64,000 bases of DNA, taken from NCBI RefSeq assembly GCF_964355755.1, contig NC_092674.1, positions 26,908,001 through 26,972,000 of the forward strand, given 5' to 3'. Positions 63,872 to 64,000 of this stretch are shown in pieces (position 1 is the first letter of the stretch; each line of letters starts with the position of its first letter). Below the pieces are notes generated by a model. That model searched no databases and was not told where the DNA came from. It was given only the letters and a program-made list of their open reading frames with translations. A program made the translations under genes and the position numbers. The DNA comes from Antedon mediterranea. Lineage: Eukaryota; Animalia; Echinodermata.

Positions 63872-64000
63872 TATCTACATAGATGAATAAAAACAGATCA
63901 TTAAGCTTGGTTCTCACTAGGACTATAACCAATCACAGTTGATCTGTTGCGGATTGTTCAAATTACTAAAAAGTCAGTGCGTTCGGCATAGAAAAAAAAA

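Overview
AT-rich animal (eukaryotic) genomic DNA, probably a marine invertebrate deuterostome; the taxon is inferred from gene and repeat content only. The + strand carries the 3' part of a FAT1/FAT3-type atypical protocadherin: 22 core coding exons between 7718 and 57642 encoding cadherin repeats, EGF/LamG/EGF, a TM helix and a conserved cytoplasmic tail ending TTDV. The gene also has a candidate 1581-nt frame-preserving cassette exon and a candidate 33-nt microexon at the cytoplasmic alternative-splice junction. A ~25-kb intron holds a nested transposon cluster (12.5-21.3 kb). It includes a full-length L2/CR1-group LINE whose ORF2 becomes one uninterrupted 986-aa frame once two DNA-transposon insertions are removed: a Harbinger-type element with a TAT TSD and a hAT-type element with an 8-bp TSD. 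The LINE itself splits a tRNA-like sequence. Three neighbouring Harbinger-type elements each keep a Myb/SANT gene remnant but no visible transposase. Two tandem collagen-C1q genes lie on the - strand at the right end. MITEs and minisatellites are scattered through the introns. All calls were made by eye; no database searches were run.
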